Shown piece by piece: positions 63,366-64,000 of a DNA stretch of 64,000 nucleotides. The stretch is from Octopus bimaculoides (lineage: Eukaryota). The first letter of the stretch is position 1. Each line of letters begins with the position of its first letter. Location of the stretch: contig NC_069005.1 in the NCBI RefSeq assembly GCF_001194135.2, positions 9,983,163-10,047,162 on the forward strand, given 5' to 3'. Made by a program: the position numbers and the translations under genes. The notes under the pieces were generated by a model, which did no database searches, had not been told where the DNA came from, and worked only from the letters and a program-made list of their open reading frames with translations.

Positions 63366-64000
63366 AGAAACAACAAAATTTATTTCAACACACGAATGCA
63401 CATAAAGACTCTTGCAAACCAGATACAAAAACGAAATTTGTGGTGGGTGTTGGAATTTGTTAAAGGGGTCATAATGGCGGTAAACGTTAGTGGTGATAGT
63501 TGTATTGGTAGTGGTTGTGTTAGTGATAGCGTTGGTGGTAGTGTTGATGGTGGTGGCGTTAGATTTATATTGGTGCGGTTTGGTGTCGTATGTGTTGGTA
63601 GTAGTAGAGCTGTTGATGGTGTTGATGGTCGGGGTGGTGCAGTCGTTATTGTTGGAGTTGTTCATTGCATAGGTTGGAGTAGTGGTGGTGGTAACAGTAG
63701 TGTTTGTGTTGTGGAAGTAGTCTTGTGTTTTCCTGTATGAATCATAGTATTGGCAGCAGCCTTTCTTTTGCCGTTGATAGTGACACACACTCTCTCTCTC
63801 TCACACACACACACACATATATATATATCCATATACACACACAAGTAAACACAGAGATGCAAAACAAGGTGGAAAAAATAGTAGTTAAATACCAAAGGTA
63901 GAGTAGTGTACTATTGTATTAAAGCTGGAAAAAGTCTTCACTGTGAAGATTTTTTTCAGCTTTAATAAAATAGTATATATATATATATATATATATATAT

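Overview
Repeat-dense, AT-rich eukaryotic scaffold segment with about 29 N-gaps, most of them beside microsatellites. The SINE families and microsatellite density suggest an octopus (coleoid cephalopod) draft genome; this is an inference. No host protein-coding gene could be recognised, so the window is probably intronic or intergenic, and almost all long ORFs in the track are microsatellite or gap artefacts. The window holds many copies of three tRNA-derived SINE groups (labelled A, B, C here). It also holds decayed fragments of four mariner families, two RTE-type LINEs, an L1/Tx1-type LINE, a Penelope-like RT and a Helitron, plus MITEs (hAT with 8-bp TSD, mariner-derived, foldback). The most notable signals are: (i) minimal type-I hammerhead-ribozyme motifs with palindromic stem III (36545-36588 +, 47569-47627 -, plus decayed relics), one inside a Penelope/retrozyme-like structure with direct and inverted repeats; (ii) a 1.6-1.9 kb old inverted duplication centred near 62619 and several long hairpins; (iii) convergent tandem SINE arrays that could form dsRNA; (iv) weak hints of a minus-strand host transcription unit (motif cluster near 48.7-49.0 kb, candidate exon near 23.05 kb).
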